A stretch of 63,092 nt of DNA, counting the filler, from Aduncisulcus paluster (taxonomy: Eukaryota): the NCBI GenBank assembly GCA_024181965.1. It is 5 parts of 5 records of this genome, joined end to end, with 100 filler letters (N's around TTAATTAATTAA, not from the genome) between each part and the next. Parts side by side here need not be neighbours in the genome. Positions count along the whole stretch, not along the records: positions 32,137 to 63,092 come from BQXS01011316.1; 4 more parts are not named here. The stretch is one strand, 5' to 3'. The notes under the pieces were generated by a model. That model saw nothing but the letters and a program-made list of their open reading frames with translations, was not told the origin of the DNA and made no database searches. Positions 35,402 to 47,280 of this stretch are shown piece by piece; within the stretch, counting starts at the first letter, position 1, and each line of letters opens with the position of its first letter. A program made the translations under genes and the position numbers.

Positions 35402-36342
35402 ATGGGACTTCATGTTATAAAACAACTTCCTACAAGGGTTTGTATGTATTTTAATTTAATTTTATGCATAAAAAGTAGTTATTTGATCGATTCTAACATC
35501 TCAAATTCAATCATTCCATTTTCGCCACAAATACTAATGTTATTGTCTAATTTTATTGGGATATTAAATTATAAATAGTACCTCGACTGCAAAAAGTCCA
35601 TGGAAAGGGATTTGGTTTAGGGAAAGTACCTAAAATATTAGAAGAACCTGTAAAACTCGAAAAACAATCAGAAATTATTTTATCAAAGAAAAAAATTCCT
35701 TCATATAAGTCAACATTTAAGAAAATATTAGTTAATCGATGGGTTTCAATGAAACGACCAAAGAAACCACCTAAATCACAGTGGTTTGTATGTTGTTGTC
35801 AAGGAGAATGTGGTCCAGATTGTGAAAATAGGTTTATTCATGCAGAGTGTCACCAATCAACATGTCCTTGTGGACCTAAATGTGCTAATTCCGCACTTCA
35901 ACGCCGAGATTATGCTAAAACTGAAGTTAAATATGCTGGAAAGAAAGGATTTGGCTTATTTGCTAAAGAATTTATCCCCGAAGGACGACTTATAACTGAG
36001 TATATTGGAGAAGTTATTGATGAAGAGGAATTACTCGATAGAGTGGGAGCAAAGAAACCTGGAGATCACGATTATTTTCTTGAGGTTCAAAAAGGAAAAC
36101 TATATATAGATTCTCAATATTACGGGAACGAATCCCGATTTATTAATCATTCATGTGAACCAAACGCTGAGAGGATAAATATGCAAGTAGGTTCTGAAAT
36201 CAGAGTTGGAATTTATGCTTTTACAGATATAGAAAAGGGAGAAGAGATTTCATTCGACTATGAAATGAAAAGAATGCAAAAAGAACGGCTACCTTGTTAT
36301 TGCGGGTGTGAATCTTGTCGAGGCTTTATGGACATTGAATAG
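35402..36342 (+). CDS. AWS-SET-postSET histone lysine methyltransferase (SETD2/ASH1/NSD type); intron 35442-35578
   Basis: CENR...EC...CPCG..C.N, KKGFGL, EYIGEVI, RFINHSCEPN, EEISFDY, C.CG...CRG. A GTATGT donor, TACTAAT branch site and TAG acceptor restore the frame from ATG 35402. Confidence 0.9.
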
Positions 36343-36594
36343 CCGTTGGTTTGACATTTTTATGCTTTCTTTTGAACATTTATTGGTAAATAAAACAATA
36401 TAACAACTTGTTTGAAACAACAACAGGATATTGAAGAAGTGGTGGCGTATGTGCCATTCTAGTTTCACTAAGAAAATTTAATTGGATTTTCCAATTATTA
36501 TAATGTTCTTTTGATCACATTTCTCACATTTTATTGGTATATATTGATATCTTCCAATCATTCTTGTTTTTTCTGACTCTCGCAGATCTTGGAA

Positions 36595-39500
36595 ATGTAT
36601 CGTCGTTGTTTTCAAGAAATTTTCGTTTTTACATTCATTTTCTTGATTTTTTTCCGTGATATTTATTGTGAATATGCAACAGTTGAGGATGATGCTCTTC
36701 TTCAAGCCCTATGTGGCTATGCTGGCCTATCTCCTTCCTGCTCACAGATAACCGTTGATGAAATTAATAGTATTACTTCAAATCCTCTTGATCTTGCGAA
36801 TCTTTCTATATCCAATATATCTGGCTTAGAAAATCTTTCAACCGCTATTACCGAAATTTTATTACAGGATAATGTATCCCTTGTTGATATTACACCCATT
36901 TCTTCTCTTCTTAGCCTTTCTTCTTTGAATTTATCCAATACTTCTGTTAATGATTTGAGTTCTTTCTCTAATTTGAATTCTCTTACTTCATTATATTTAG
37001 GCTCTTGCCCAATTGATTATTCTACATTTAATTTTTCGTATTCTCTTGAAATTTTGGATATTTCTGATACTGGAGCCGTTGATTTCGCTGTTCTAGAATC
37101 ATTTACCGATTTATCTGTTTTAATTCTTGACAATTGTGAAATTACAAATAACGATCTGAATGATTTCTTCAATACTTTCCCTTTCCCAGTACTTGATTTC
37201 CTATCACTCTCGGGCCTTAATCTTGAATATATCCCAGATTTCAATATTTCTACTTCCAGTATTACAACTCTTGACCTCTCGAATAACTCCATTGAGGATC
37301 TTCTCCCGCTTTATTACATCACAGGCCATAATTTTGTTGAGTTAGATCTTAGCTCCAACCTTATTGCAGACCCAACTCCATTGTTTCTTGTATCGTCACA
37401 ACTCGAATATCTTTCAATAGGAAACAACTATATTTGTGGAATGGATGAAGATTGGTTGGTGGAAAATCTACAATCTATATCACCTATAACTATTAACGAT
37501 GACATATTGGAGCAAACATGCAACTGTGCCACCAAATATTCATGTCATGAATCATTTGCGACTGACTTTGTCGTATGTAAGAAGATCCAGAATGAGTATT
37601 GGGCATCTTGTGCTTCTGTGGCATATTACACTCCTCCATCGCTGAGCCAATATGCTAATCAACCTATTTCATTCAGTGAAATACTATTCGAGTGTAATTT
37701 TGACCCTTCTTTTTATTATCTAGTCATCTCTCGGCCCTACGATAGAGAAACAAGTATGATTGGGACAGTGACATATTGCATATTTGGATGGTATGGAGAT
37801 GAATGTGATGATCCGTGTCCTATAAATTCAGTCGATATCACCGCTGGACACTCTCATTGTATTGATGATATGGATATTGGCAACGTATGTCACAGTGTTG
37901 AGCATTATTGTGAATGTGGTGGAGTACTAACTGGAAATGCTTGCAATATTATTGAATTCGAGTGTAATTCCATGAAAAATCGAATATTGGATGTTATTGG
38001 CAAGTCTGCACCTTCGGTCGTTTATGTGTATGAATTGTACGATTATTCAGGCCATCTTGATCTTTCAAATGACGGATGCACTGATATTTCTGGATTACGG
38101 TATGCCGCTGGGGTTAGTTCCTTGGATCTGAGCAATGCAGAATACAGTTCTCTTGAAGATATTTCTGAGTTAAATCTCATCCCGTCTTCACCACTGGTCT
38201 CTCTCAATCTTAAAGGTACATGTGTGCATGATTTAATCAATTCAATTCCAAACCTTCATGAACAAATCATCGAACTCCATCTCCGTGCCGCTGGAACATC
38301 TTATGATGATGATGATGAACTGACTCCTAGCTATGAGGAATGGTCAAATATAGATCAACTGGAACCATTTATAAATCTTGAAACATTAGGTTTGTACCAA
38401 GGGGATTCACATGTCACTGATTTGCTGTTCCTCCAAGAATTACCAGATACTGTCACATCCTTATCTTTTCAATCTCTCTCTGTTAGTGATATCTCTCCAT
38501 TGTATTTGTATAGAGATAGACTTCAATACCTAGATATTGATGATCTTTATGTTAATTTCAATGAAGAGGAATATTCAGATGAGATTGAGATTTTTCGTTC
38601 CTATTTTTCGACTCGAGATACGCTCGAAATTATTGCAACTGATAATAGTTTCCAATGTTGCATTGATTCCTACGCCCTTTTATCTGATAACCAGTGTGTA
38701 AACGAACACGGCTCTCTCAAATGTACTGAAACATCGTATGTTGATGCTCGTACAATGAATTACGATGCCGTTCCCGATGATTTGGTTTGTAACTTTATCG
38801 ATCCTTTCGAACAAATTGATTTACACAATCAGTGTTTTGGATTATCTCAGGAATCAAAGCGATGCGTTGGAGTGACCGATGATGGTACGATTGATGATGT
38901 ATTTGTGGAATGTCAAGAAAAAAGATACGGAGAGAATTGTGATGGGTGTATTTATGATGAAATTGGTAACGTGTGCCCAGAGGCTGACTTTTGTAACAAT
39001 CCGACTTCTTACACTAATCCTTCTTGTCGGTGTGATGATAGTAATGGCCTTGACTGTAATGCTAAATATCGTGCATTAATCGTTGAAACGACTGGAGATG
39101 ATGACCTTGCTATTGCTGTTTGTGAATCCATGGGTCTTTTCTCTTGTTCATCAACTGAAGCTGATTCTGTTAACAAGAACATGACATTTGCCAATCTGAT
39201 AAAATTAGAAAAGCTCATATTTCCAGCGTCTTCTGATTCATCATATTTATCTCTTCCTTATAAACTCAAAGTCCTGAGTTTTGAAGAAGGAACTCATCTA
39301 GAAGATCTTTCATTTATTGCTCGAATGTGGCACTTGCGATCCCTTGATCTTGGTAATGTTCAGGGCATAAATAAGTCAATGTTTGAAGGGCTTGTGCAAG
39401 CTGTTTTGGATCGTTCCCTTGAAATGGAATTGGATGATAACTACAGTGCCTCTGAGACATATTGTTTTGGATCCTGTCACCTGAGGTATCTAAACTTATC

Positions 39501-41957
39501 AGGACAGAGCCTTGGCCTTGACATCAACGATTCCTCAAACTCCTTCTCATCCACCTTATCCCTTGTCAATGGATTCGCCATTTGTTCTGGGGATTGTTCA
39601 AATGGGGAAGATATCTATCCTCTCGGTAAGCTCTTGACTCACGTTGACCTGTCGAGTAACTCCATCTATGATCCCTCCATCATTGGAATTCAACCATCAT
39701 TCCGTCGTTTGACTCACATTGACCTGAGTGAAAATAACATTAGTGACATTAGTCTCGTCGGAGCTCTCATACAGAGTCTTGATTACATCCATAATCTCGA
39801 TCTCTCTGGCAATATGTTGCCCTGTGCTTCTGACAACGAATGCAATACTCTTCTCCAAGAAACAATGCCTTCAATCGACATTAGTGGTGTTACATTGACA
39901 TTTGAACCTCAATATGAGCTTGTCTGTGGAAGTGAGAGCTGTGGAGGTGAAAATATGACATGTATTGTTCAAGCTGGATCACCAACATGTGCCTGTCTGA
40001 CTGGATATTATCTCTTGGGTGAGTCTTGTATTGAGGATGTTGATGGCTATTGTTCCTCTTCATGTACTGGTGAAAGAGGAATTTGTAAAGTTATTCAAGA
40101 TGACACCGATTCCTCTGATTCCCTTGATCCTGTTTGTGTCTGTTCTGATGAATGGTATGGAGATGACTGTGACTTTGCATGTCCGATTGATAACGATGGC
40201 TATCTATGTGGAAATGACCATGGATCATGTGATATTATGAGTCATTCATGCTCATGTGATGGTTATACAGGTTCTTCATGTGAGATTGAATGTGATGCTG
40301 ATGTTCAGTGTAGTTCCAATGGATTATGTTCCTATTTCTCAGACGTTGAGAATGGAGAACAATTCGAAGTTTTGATATGTGAATGTGAATCTGGGTATTA
40401 CGGTTCTATGTGTCAATCCTCGGTACCCGTGGAGATATTTATAGAAAATGGATCAGTCACTGATTATATTTGTGGAAGAGATTATTCCTCTCCTTCTTCA
40501 CAAGGTGATTATTCTTCCCTTGTCAATGAAATCAGTCATTCTTGCGATTGTTCAGACAATGGTTTTGCTGTGTCTGCAGAGGGATTCTGCATCGATCCTT
40601 CAACCCACCCTGATTATAAGGATATTGATGGAAATGACACCGCCTGTGTCAGGTGTGGGATCTCAGAATTGAGTCATGGATCATGTGTGATTCATTCGAG
40701 TGGATTGGCTATCTATGTGGAAATGACCATGGATCATGTGATATTATGAGTCATTCATGCTCATGTGATGGTTATACAGGTTCTTCATGTGAGATTGAAT
40801 GTGATGCTGATGTTCAGTGTAGTTCCAATGGATTATGTTCCTATTTCTCAGACGTTGAGAATGGAGAACAATTCGAAGTTTTGATATGTGAATGTGAATC
40901 TGGGTATTACGGTTCTATGTGTCAATCCTCGGTACCCGTGGAGATATTTATAGAAAATGGATCAGTCACTGATTATATTTGTGGAAGAGATTATTCCTCT
41001 CCTTCTTCACAAGGTGATTATTCTTCCCTTGTCAATGAAATCAGTCATTCTTGCGATTGTTCAGACAATGGTTTTGCTGTGTCTGCAGAGGGATTCTGCA
41101 TCGATCCTTCAACCCACCCTGATTATAAGGATATTGATGGAAATGACACCGCCTGTGTCAGGTGTGGGATCTCAGAATTGAGTCATGGATCATGTGTGAT
41201 TCATTCGAGTGGATCTGCTTTCTGTTCATGTGATTATGGCTATGGAGAAGAAGCCATAGACGATGATTCTGAATCATTTGCATCCGATACCGTCCTTTGC
41301 TCGACATTTATCTGTGGAGTATCTTCATCTCTTGACCTCGGAGCTTGCAATGGCCATGGAAGTTGTCTGTTGAACTCTCGAATGTCGTACGAATGCCAAT
41401 GTGACGGTGTTTGGTCAGGAATAAGTTGTTCTTTGACATCAAATGAAACTTCACTCCTTCAATGGTTTTTGATTGTTTCAATATTTGTTCTGTGTGCTTT
41501 GATAATATCTTTGATTGTATTTGCAGTCATACGCCGAGAAAATAAGAAATATTATCTCAAAACAACAATTCTTGACTCTGAGAATCTTGTTCAGAAAACC
41601 GATACTGAGAAAGAACGTTCTCCAAAAATAGGAGAGATGATATTAAATCCTTCCCGTCTCCCTGACTACCTCGAACACTTTGAAGAAGATCAAATGGAAA
41701 CAGTTGTTGCCGCTCCACCACCCCAATCATCATCTGAAGAAGATCGAATGGAACAACCAATTAGATCCATTCCTGAAATAGAAGAAGAGGGAGGAATGCA
41801 TAAAATAATTAAAAGGAAAAGGAAAAAGATTAAGAAACGAGATGTCAAACTTCCGATTGTTGAAATGTCAGAGATGAGAGCGAAGAATTCAGAAGTGGAG
41901 TCGGTGCCTGGTCCAAAGAAAACGGTGAAGAAGAGGAGGATGAAAAAGAAAAAGTAG
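36595..41957 (+). CDS. Type I membrane protein with LRR blocks and EGF-like repeats; split by a 509-nt duplication
   Basis: Signal-like N-terminus, LRRs, C.C..G..G..C EGF repeats, TM helix WFLIVSIFVLCALIISLIVFAVI and a basic cytoplasmic tail. Removing the duplication fuses ORFs 36589-40749 and 40653-41957. Confidence 0.85.
40197..41214 (+). repeat. Exact 509-nt tandem duplication that causes a frameshift
   Basis: 40197-40705 equals 40706-41214; 509 is not a multiple of 3. Confidence 0.92.
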
Positions 41958-42147
41958 AAGGATCACATTTGATCGTCCTATAAGAATATTATAATCTCAT
42001 CAATGCAATTTAAAAATAAAGCATTAATATTAATAATATTATATCAACTGGATTTTATACTTAAATAATCCATTAGGGAATAATATATTTGATCCAACCA
42101 GTCTCGAGCAAAGAAGTATCACGTTTGCTGCTGTCATTCAATTAATA

Positions 42148-42288
42148 ATGACCAAAGATGAAATTTCAGTTGAAAAATACATTCATAATCTAGTTGATGA
42201 AATGTGTAAAAAAATAGATGAAGTTACAGAGAAGGAAGTGAAAAAGATTGAAATTTGTGCTAAATCAATGATTGATGAGCTTAAATGA
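42148..42288 (+). CDS. Putative 46-aa single-helix microprotein
   Basis: ATG-to-TGA ORF MTKDEISVEKYIHNLVDEMCKKIDEVTEKEVKKIEICAKSMIDELK with heptad-like amphipathic pattern; below the ORF-track cutoff. Confidence 0.4.
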   Translation: MTKDEISVEKYIHNLVDEMCKKIDEVTEKEVKKIEICAKSMIDELK

Positions 42289-42660
42289 ATTAATTCGCAG
42301 TAATAATGTGTTTTAACCAATAATATTGATGTATTTCCTTTGTGCAAATAGTCTTTCAAGTGAATGACTTAAACCTTAGTTTCTCCACTCCCTGAAAGAA
42401 AAATTAAATATTGAAATGGTAAAATTTTTTTATAATTCGTATTATTAACAAGAAAAAACGATCAATTTTTTTTTCTTTGTGGATTCACTTCCAACTCCTT
42501 CGAACTGAAGCCTTCAGTACTAATTGAATTAGTTAAACTCCGAGGTTCAGTTTTCTTAATTCCAAGATTTTTTCAAATATCTTGACTGAACCTTTCTTCG
42601 GTTTATTTTTAAGAGATGTTAATAAATGAATATTCCTAGTAGAAATTGAATGTTACAACA

Positions 42661-43738
42661 TTATCGATACGGTGATGGCCTTGTGCATTTGGATTTATAC
42701 ATTATAGAACTGCTTAACGAACTATAGCCCAATAAAGTGGGCGTTGAAGCAATAATATCAGTTGGTTTGGTTTCAGTTGGGCGGATCGATTCTGACATAT
42801 GACTCGAAGATTGAGATGAGTGGCTTGATTGTAAAGAATGACCAGGCTGTGATATACGGGCCGATTCGCGCGCAGAGCTAACAACTTTAGCTTTCTCCTC
42901 TTCAACACGAAGAGTAAGCTCATTGGATTCTCTTGGAATTGGGCGAATGACTTCTGACGCAAGAACTCGCCTTTCTTTACCTTTTTCAGCATTGCGTTCG
43001 AGACGTCGTTTGAGATTTTTAGCTAAAATAGTGTGATTACATTGTCCAAGAGTTGGCTGAAGAACATCAACAGCCTTCTTGGCATAAAATAAAGCTTTCT
43101 GAGTCTTATTGGTCAAAGTTAGTGTTTTTGCAAGATTATACCAGGATTTAGCAGTATCCGGGTGATTTGTTCCAAGTAATTCCTCTCGGACATGTACAGC
43201 AGATTCAAACAATTCTAGAGCATCTCCATAACTCATTTCCTCACACAATAAACAGCCTAAAGCATCTTTAGTAGCTGCAGTGTCGATATGATTCTCCCCA
43301 AAAGTTCTTTCCCTTATTCTTAATGCCTTTTTAAGATAAGAAAAGGCCTCATCCTTCTTTCCAAGCTTAATATTAACAAATCCAAGATTATGAGAAATGG
43401 CACCCAATATTTTTCTAGTTTCAATCCCACCACGACTTGGCAGAAGTGCAAGTGCTCTATGAAGTTCATGTGATGCTTTAGGCCACTCTTCTTTAGCTAT
43501 GTATATAAGAGCGATATTAATGTGAATAGGTGCGGTAATATCAGAAGCTCTACCAAGTTCATGATGTAATATTTTCAGAACTTCCTCAAAATGACCCAAT
43601 GCTTGAGTGAATTTTTGATTTGAAAAATTCTTTTTTCCTTTCTCAAATTCTAAGGTATAATAAGAATAAAATTCATCAGAAAATAAAAATCATTGAAAAG
43701 TACATACCTTCTGCAACAGCTTTAAGAATGGAATCCAT
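42661..43738 (-). CDS. TPR protein with kinesin-light-chain-type TPR repeats; intron 43650-43707
   Basis: ALRIRERTFGENHIDTA and VREELLGTNHPDTAKSWYNLA repeats. A GTATGT...TAG intron joins MDSILKAVAE to EFEKGKK in frame. Confidence 0.85.
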
Positions 43739-43947
43739 GTTATAGTGTCGAAAAATAGATGGGAATCGAAATCTAAAGGGATAATAGAGATAAGATGAAA
43801 GTAATTTAATATTCTTACTTTAAATTCAGCATTATTAAAATTTTAGATTTTATTCTACTTTTTTTCTGCTCCAATGCTGCGGAACAAACAAGTAGATATT
43901 ATCATCAGTTATAGACGTTATTAGTTTATTATTGTTAATTATTTCAG

Positions 43948-44877
43948 TTAAATTACCTCTTCTTGATCAACATGAATTGCATTACCATCATCAAGGCGTT
44001 CATAACCAATGGTAGCAGGAGGCGTTTTCTTACAACAGAAAACAAACATAATTCCATCCTTAATCAAAGAATAGAAAGTGGCCCACATTTCAGCATGAGG
44101 AGGGAATACAGGATCCTCTTTTTGTACGGCATTCACAATGGTTCCAACGATAATATAAATTCCGAAGAAGACGAAGAATACGAGACAGAAATAAGATCCC
44201 CATGTCCAATTGGAAAATCCTGGCTTTGAGTGTACAGGGCATCCATAGGTCGATTCGATTATAAAATCATATCGAATGCTCGGATTTCCATCTCCATCAT
44301 ATGTTGGCGCATGTTCTTCCACAAATTGCATCTCAAATGTATCAATTAAACTATTACATTTGACGCTGATATGAGCGTATCTGTAATTTCCATCGGAGAT
44401 TCCGGGAGTTTCAACAGGTGTATAAGAGATCGAATATCCCTTGGACAAATCAGAACTATCATAAACCCAGAAAATTGTAACATCAAAATCATCATTACCT
44501 AAAGTGTAATATTCCCATGGTAATGTACCAGCTGGTTCATTTTGTCTATCACAAGCTTGACAAAAATGAGATCCTTCACATGAATCAAACAAATAGTAAT
44601 CAAAAGGAGGACTATCAAAGATGGTTGTATCAATTTGAGTCTCAAGATTAAAGAAATAATAATATGAAACATCAATGGGATCAATGTCATCTTCTTCAAT
44701 TTGTTGACTTATCAATGGAGAAAGATCATACTTATATAAGGATCCATCATCGATACATTTGGTTATTAGATATTGTCCATTCATAGTGAGTTCCAATTCA
44801 GTACAGGCAAAGACTAAGATGCTCTGACATGCTAAAATGAGAAAACTCGTAAAAAGAAGGGTGATTATTGATTTCAT
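43948..44877 (-). CDS. Mannose-6-phosphate receptor domain / ATG27-like type I membrane protein
   Basis: Signal peptide, YDLSPL, YYYFFN, R.AHISVKC, YDF.IES.YGCP, TM with GIYIIVG, PHAEMW...LIKDG and GYERL sorting motif. Confidence 0.8.
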   Translation of the reverse strand: MKSIITLLFTSFLILACQSILVFACTELELTMNGQYLITKCIDDGSLYKYDLSPLISQQIEEDDIDPIDVSYYYFFNLETQIDTTIFDSPPFDYYLFDSCEGSHFCQACDRQNEPAGTLPWEYYTLGNDDFDVTIFWVYDSSDLSKGYSISYTPVETPGISDGNYRYAHISVKCNSLIDTFEMQFVEEHAPTYDGDGNPSIRYDFIIESTYGCPVHSKPGFSNWTWGSYFCLVFFVFFGIYIIVGTIVNAVQKEDPVFPPHAEMWATFYSLIKDGIMFVFCCKKTPPATIGYERLDDGNAIHVDQEEVI

Positions 44878-45317
44878 TTGGCCCAACAACAGAGTCAATT
44901 TTCAATAATTATAACAAGGAATGTAATGGTAAAGACTAGAGTTATGATATCATTTATATTCATATTAATTTGAATTTAAATATTTTATTTTTGATTTATA
45001 TGTGATCTTCACCGAGAAATTCTTCGGTGGCAAATAATGCCTGAAATAAAGGCTTATAATTATGATGGATAAGCAAGATGTTTGTCATAGATATTTTTCA
45101 TGAAAAATATTTGGCGTAGAATGCTAAAAAACCATTATTCCTATACTTATGGATTCATTCTTATATTTCTTGAATAGAAACAATTTTGGGTAGTTTTATG
45201 AAATCATTCAAATCAATAAAGAATTCCTCAAATATTTCTATCCTCAATTAATGCCTAATACCAAACCCATGATGATTGATCTGTTTTTTCCTTATTTCTG
45301 CACGTTAACAATCCAAT

Positions 45318-46652
45318 ATGGTGTTTAGTTCATCCTCTTCAGGTGGGATTTTCAGTGGATCAAGCAATAGTGGCGGTTCAAATAGAGGAGGTGGTATTTT
45401 TGGAGGATCCGGTAACAGTGGAGATTATCGTGGCGGGGGAATATTTGGTGGACGAAGTAGTGGATCTTCCGATCATTCAGGTAGTTCAGGCGGTATATTT
45501 GGTGGCTCTAGTGGTTCAAGTAGTAGCGGAGGCGGTATATTTGGTGGATCAAGTAATAGTAGGAGTAGCGATGGAGGAATATTCAGCGGACAGAGTGGAG
45601 GATCTTCTTCCAGTAGCACAAGTAACTCTGGTGGGATTTTTGGTGGGTCTAGCAGTGGTAGTAGCAGATCCAGTAGTGGGGATGGTATTTTTGGCGGATC
45701 CAGCAGTAGTAGTGGATCAAGTAGTGGTGGTGGAATATTTGGTGGTGGACAAAGCCGTGGATCTGATCATTCAAGTTCTGGCGGTATCTTTGGGGAATCC
45801 AGTAGAGGATCTGGTGGCCCAAGTGGTGGTGGAGGAATATTTGGTGGCAATAGTAGTGGATCTGGTAGTGGTGGAGGGGATATATTTGGAGGGAGTGGGC
45901 AAAGCTCTTCTTCTTCTTCTTCCACAGGAGGTGGAATATTTGACTCATCTCCAGCTCGCCAACAATCCTCAGGTTCTGGTGGAGATATATTTAGTTCTTC
46001 CTCCTCAAGTTCCTCTTCAAATTCTGGATCAGGTGGTGATATTTTTGGATCTTCGACTATCTCAACACAATCTTCTGGTGGAGGAGGCGGAATATTCGGT
46101 AATCATGACAAAAAAACTGGTTCTGGAATGGGATCTGACCATTCTGGTGGCGGTATCTTTGGAACCTCTGATAAAAAGCGTGGAAAAGGAAGTAATGGAA
46201 AAGATAGATCCGATGATTCAGGTTTCAAGACACCTCAGCCCAAACAAAGGAGCGGTGGTATATTCGGGGCTCTCCCAAGATCTTCTGGTGGATCTGATGA
46301 CAGTGATAGTGGACGAAGTGAAGGTGGCAATATATTTGGCGGCCCTGTTGATCGTTCTGACGATAATTCGGATGATCAGTGGGGAGGCAGCGAAGGACGA
46401 ACCGATGTCACTATGACAGACGTTGATGCCATTGAAAAAGCGCAAGAACTGAAACAGAGTCAACCTGAGAAAATGCCACCTGGTTTTAAACATGCGGGTT
46501 ATACTCCTTCAAGCATAAAACCTGAGGATATTGTTGATCTTATTGGTCCTATGAAATGCCGAAAAAGAGATAAGGATGGGAAATTGATAGATATTAAGAT
46601 ATGTCTTCATGAAGTTCCTCGGGGAGTTGTGGTTGTTTCAAAGAAGAAATAG
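45318..46652 (+). CDS. Gly/Ser-rich protein with ~20 GGIFG-type repeats; FG-nucleoporin-like
   Basis: Regularly spaced GIFG/DIFG/GIFS motifs with S/G spacers and a short globular C-terminus. Confidence 0.7.
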   Translation: MVFSSSSSGGIFSGSSNSGGSNRGGGIFGGSGNSGDYRGGGIFGGRSSGSSDHSGSSGGIFGGSSGSSSSGGGIFGGSSNSRSSDGGIFSGQSGGSSSSSTSNSGGIFGGSSSGSSRSSSGDGIFGGSSSSSGSSSGGGIFGGGQSRGSDHSSSGGIFGESSRGSGGPSGGGGIFGGNSSGSGSGGGDIFGGSGQSSSSSSSTGGGIFDSSPARQQSSGSGGDIFSSSSSSSSSNSGSGGDIFGSSTISTQSSGGGGGIFGNHDKKTGSGMGSDHSGGGIFGTSDKKRGKGSNGKDRSDDSGFKTPQPKQRSGGIFGALPRSSGGSDDSDSGRSEGGNIFGGPVDRSDDNSDDQWGGSEGRTDVTMTDVDAIEKAQELKQSQPEKMPPGFKHAGYTPSSIKPEDIVDLIGPMKCRKRDKDGKLIDIKICLHEVPRGVVVVSKKK

Positions 46653-46666
46653 AGGCCATAATATAC

Positions 46667-46710
46667 AAAAACAATATATTAAAACAATATATTAAAATAA
46701 TATATTAAAA
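46667..46710 (+). repeat. 13-nt tandem repeat AAAA(C/T)AATATATT x3
   Basis: Read directly just after the stop codon at 46652. Confidence 0.8.
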
Positions 46711-47280
46711 TTCCCTGATGGAAACAACTTTTATTTGGTTGAAATCATTTATTTAGCAAAGCTGATCTTTAATATAGCTAATAGCTATATCTGTTGATGT
46801 AATTTGTATGATGCTGACAAAACAAATACTATAATATAAAGGTGATGCATAATATCAATCGAGTATTTTTTGTTGGATTCCAATGCCATGTTGATACTAA
46901 ACAAGATTGAGCATGACTGTTAAATATGAGTGTTGATTTGATAATTATATCATTATTATATATCTATATTTATTTTGGAAGTAGTAATATCACTCTTGAT
47001 CTTTGAACCTCAGAAGCTCAAGACTTCTCACATCTGATAATGATTACAGATAATCAAACTTTGCTACCTCCCCCCCCCCACTGTGTCAGTATAGTACAGT
47101 ATAGGCTCCTGTCAGATATTATTATCTGAGTGAGAGATAGGTCAAAATGCTGAACTTGGTTATCAATGATAAGTCTTATCATCACAATAACAACCATTAA
47201 TGTGGTTTGCAAAGGCATATATAAGATCCAATGGATTGTGAAATAAATATGAACAAAACATTAAACAGAAACACCATAAT

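Noticed and set aside
40197-41214. 509-nt tandem duplication as EGF-module expansion
   Set aside because: Exact copy that is out of frame; likely an assembly artefact.
45343-46416. 357-aa overlapping Val-rich ORF
   Set aside because: Shadow frame of the GGT/AGT-rich repeat gene.
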